Shown here in pieces: positions 30,145-32,587 of a stretch of 32,587 nt of DNA. The position numbers and the translations under genes are program-made. Position 1 is the first letter of the stretch. Each line of letters starts with the position of its first letter. Origin of the DNA: Bacteroidia bacterium (GTDB lineage: Bacteria > Bacteroidota > Bacteroidia > Flavobacteriales > Flavobacteriaceae); NCBI GenBank assembly GCA_030429325.1, contig JAUICT010000001.1:1-32587 (forward strand). Reading direction: 5' to 3'. The notes beneath the pieces were generated by a model that searched no databases, was not told where the DNA came from, and saw only the letters and a program-made list of their open reading frames with translations.

Positions 30145-31341
30145 CTATTGAACCGCATGGTTTGTTTCCAATTTGGCCATTAACTCCCATAAATACAATA
30201 CCCCTCTTGGCACATGGAAACAGCCTTTCCATTTGCCTCCCTTCATGTGATGTGTAATCTTACCTTCCCGTGACAAGTAGCCAAACCATTCCCCGTGATC
30301 TTCATCCACAAAATGCTCCCATATATACCCATGTAGTTTCACCAACCATTCCCAACATCGGATATCGCCTGTCAAATAAAAACCTTTTGCACATGCTATC
30401 ATGGCTTCTATATGGGGCCACCAAAGCTTATTGCTCCATTCAAGTTGTTCGGGAGGATTACCTTTGAGGTCCATAAAATAGAACAGCCCCCCATATTCCG
30501 AATCCCAACCGTATTCCAAGGTGGATATAACAGCATCCGTGCACTTTTTAATAAGCTCCCTATCGTTTTGCCGCTCAGCAATGTCCATTAAAAACCATAA
30601 GGTTTCCAAACCATGTCCTGGATTAATAAGTCTTCCTTGAAAGGTATCGCTGAAACCGCCATCCATATCAACATTCTCTAAGATCAACCCGTGTTCTGAC
30701 TTATAAAATTGAGACAAAATCTTTCCCTTAACGCTATTAAGCTGATCGTCCACCACCTTGGCGTCCAAAATATGATCGAGTTCCATTACCAAATTACTCA
30801 GGATCATGGGCAAGCTTAGACTTTGTAGTTCCCTGGTACCTGGATATGTCTTTTCGTACTTTCCTTTTGGATTATCCTGCGCATCAAGGATATTATAAAA
30901 AGTTTGGGTGGCTATTGTGTTATATTCTGCATTACCGGTGATTTTCCCAAGCTGACCAAAAGCCATGGACGCAAAACAGTCTGAAAAGATATTGTAGGGC
31001 TGCACCAAGGGGTTTCCCTTTTTGTCCAATGAAAAATACCATCTTCCAGATTCACTTCTACCGAATTTCTGCAAAAAATCTGCGCCATGGCTAGCAATGT
31101 CAAGCCATTTTGAATTTGATTCGACCTCACTGTAAAGTTTAGCGAACATCCATACTTGCCTACATTGGAGCCAAACAAATTTATCTGTATCATATACCCT
31201 TCCATCAACTCCCAAACAGGTAAAGAACCCTCCATTTTCCTTATCTATGGAATGTTTTTCCCAAAAAGGCATAACATGCCTCAATAAATTTTCCCTGTAA
31301 ATTTCCTTGTACTTTCCAAAATCCCCTTTTCCTATGACCAA
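30145..31341 (-). CDS. nanE: N-acylglucosamine 2-epimerase (AGE family, Bacteroides NanE-like); TTG start uncertain
   Basis: PFWEKHSID..NGGFFTCL, DTDKFVWLQCRQVW, QPYNIFSDCF, NPGH..E, KLWWPH.E, KGGKWKGCFHVPR. Confidence 0.92.
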   Translation of the reverse strand: MVIGKGDFGKYKEIYRENLLRHVMPFWEKHSIDKENGGFFTCLGVDGRVYDTDKFVWLQCRQVWMFAKLYSEVESNSKWLDIASHGADFLQKFGRSESGRWYFSLDKKGNPLVQPYNIFSDCFASMAFGQLGKITGNAEYNTIATQTFYNILDAQDNPKGKYEKTYPGTRELQSLSLPMILSNLVMELDHILDAKVVDDQLNSVKGKILSQFYKSEHGLILENVDMDGGFSDTFQGRLINPGHGLETLWFLMDIAERQNDRELIKKCTDAVISTLEYGWDSEYGGLFYFMDLKGNPPEQLEWSNKLWWPHIEAMIACAKGFYLTGDIRCWEWLVKLHGYIWEHFVDEDHGEWFGYLSREGKITHHMKGGKWKGCFHVPRGVLYLWELMAKLETNHAVQ

Positions 31342-31618
31342 AACGTATAACTTTTAGTTTCCTTTGTTTTTTTGGGTTCAATAACCGCAACAAACAATAT
31401 TAATTTTTTAATATTAATTATCCAATAATTATTAATTTATTTTAATAATGTAATTAAACCCGCTTCAGATACCACTTAAAGCATTACACCTTAATGCTTT
31501 AGAAACAATCAGAAAAAAAGCCAGCAGATACAGCCTTACGGTTCCAATATTTTGTTTTCATCGCCATTGTGGTTTTCTTATTATTTTTATAATCGCGTCT
31601 CGGTCCTAAAAAGAAAGA

Positions 31619-32587
31619 ATGAAAAAAAACAAGCATAGTATTTTTAACGATATCCCGGACGAGAAAAAAAGCGGTGTCATTTTCAAGAACCTTCAGCTCA
31701 AGAAAAAAATCATTAGGCTGTTGGACAAAAAAGGAGCGGCAACGATCAACGACATCTCAAAAAAATTCAACTCCAGTTCCCCCAAGGTAAATAAACTCAT
31801 CCAAGAGCTAATAGACGAAGGACTTATTGAAGACCTTGGCAAAGCAGAGACCGATGTGGGCAGACGCCCCCACCTGTACGGGCTCATTGGCGATTCCATG
31901 TATTTCATAGGGGTTGATTTAGGACACAACTCCATAGAAATTGGACTGATGGACTTCAATGAGAACCCCATCCATTTTTCAAAGGATATTAAATTCAGCT
32001 TGGAAAACTCAGAAAAATCACTTCTTCAACTATGTGATGTCATCAACCTTTTTATTGATAAAAATCCCAAATGGAGAAACAAAATTGTACGAATCGGCAT
32101 CAACCTTTCCGGTCGTGTGAACCATTTAAGTGGATACAGCCATAATTTTTTCAACTTCACAAAGATTCCTTTGAGCAGCATCCTCCAAGAAAAGTTAGGG
32201 ATTCCTTGTTTTATAGAGAACGATACAAGGGCCAGGGCATTTTACGAGTTTTACAGCAGAGAAACCAAAGATAGCGAGAACATACTTTATGTAAATGCAG
32301 ATTATGGTCTAGGGCTGGGCGTACTTGCACATGGGAAGCTTTTATATGGAAAGTCAGGCTATTCAGGAGAATTTGGACACATCCCCTTTTTCAATAACGA
32401 AATCATCTGCATATGCGGCAAGAAAGGATGTCTGGAAACAGAAGTTTCAGGAAGGGCCCTTGAACAACAGTTCAAGGACAAGCTCAAGGGAGGGCAATCT
32501 TCATCCTTGCAAAATGCTTTCACGAACATTGATAATATTAAGATGGATGATATTATCAAAGCAGCCAACAATGATGACACACTATCC
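31619..32587 (+). CDS. ROK family transcriptional regulator (partial, runs off the window; absent from the ORF track)
   Basis: My translation from ATG 31619: MKKNKHSIF..winged HTH..GRRPHLYGL..GVDLG..IENDTRARA..GLGLG..GYSGEFGHIP..CICGKKGCLETEVSG. Confidence 0.93.
   Translation, partial: MKKNKHSIFNDIPDEKKSGVIFKNLQLKKKIIRLLDKKGAATINDISKKFNSSSPKVNKLIQELIDEGLIEDLGKAETDVGRRPHLYGLIGDSMYFIGVDLGHNSIEIGLMDFNENPIHFSKDIKFSLENSEKSLLQLCDVINLFIDKNPKWRNKIVRIGINLSGRVNHLSGYSHNFFNFTKIPLSSILQEKLGIPCFIENDTRARAFYEFYSRETKDSENILYVNADYGLGLGVLAHGKLLYGKSGYSGEFGHIPFFNNEIICICGKKGCLETEVSGRALEQQFKDKLKGGQSSSLQNAFTNIDNIKMDDIIKAANNDDTLS

Overview
Flavobacteriaceae-like (Bacteroidota) DNA, judged from gene content and TAnnTTTG promoters. 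Bases 1 to about 28,603 look like the right end of a genomic island integrated at the tmRNA gene, with a tmRNA-3'-end-like att remnant at 28588-28603. Ordinary chromosomal genes follow: a YbdG-type MscS channel, an N-acylglucosamine 2-epimerase and a partial ROK regulator. The island holds three modules. (1) An ECF-sigma/FecR/SusC/SusD utilisation locus lies divergent from a tightly coupled operon of a YgjK-like GH63 alpha-glucosidase, a kinase-M23-PLP phospho-lyase fusion and a GH2 beta-galactosidase. Together these activities match stepwise breakdown of the collagen glycan Glc-a1,2-Gal-b1-O-hydroxylysine; this is the top finding and is an inference, not demonstrated. (2) A GC-rich ECF-sigma/serine-hydrolase cassette is bracketed by decayed IS3-family ends and abuts a truncated higA-like remnant. 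(3) A TPR-type histidine kinase/NarL system sits with three secreted or outer-membrane genes, each preceded by the same palindromic box at an identical 30-nt offset from the -7 promoter element. All family calls come from motif recognition by eye; no database searches were run.
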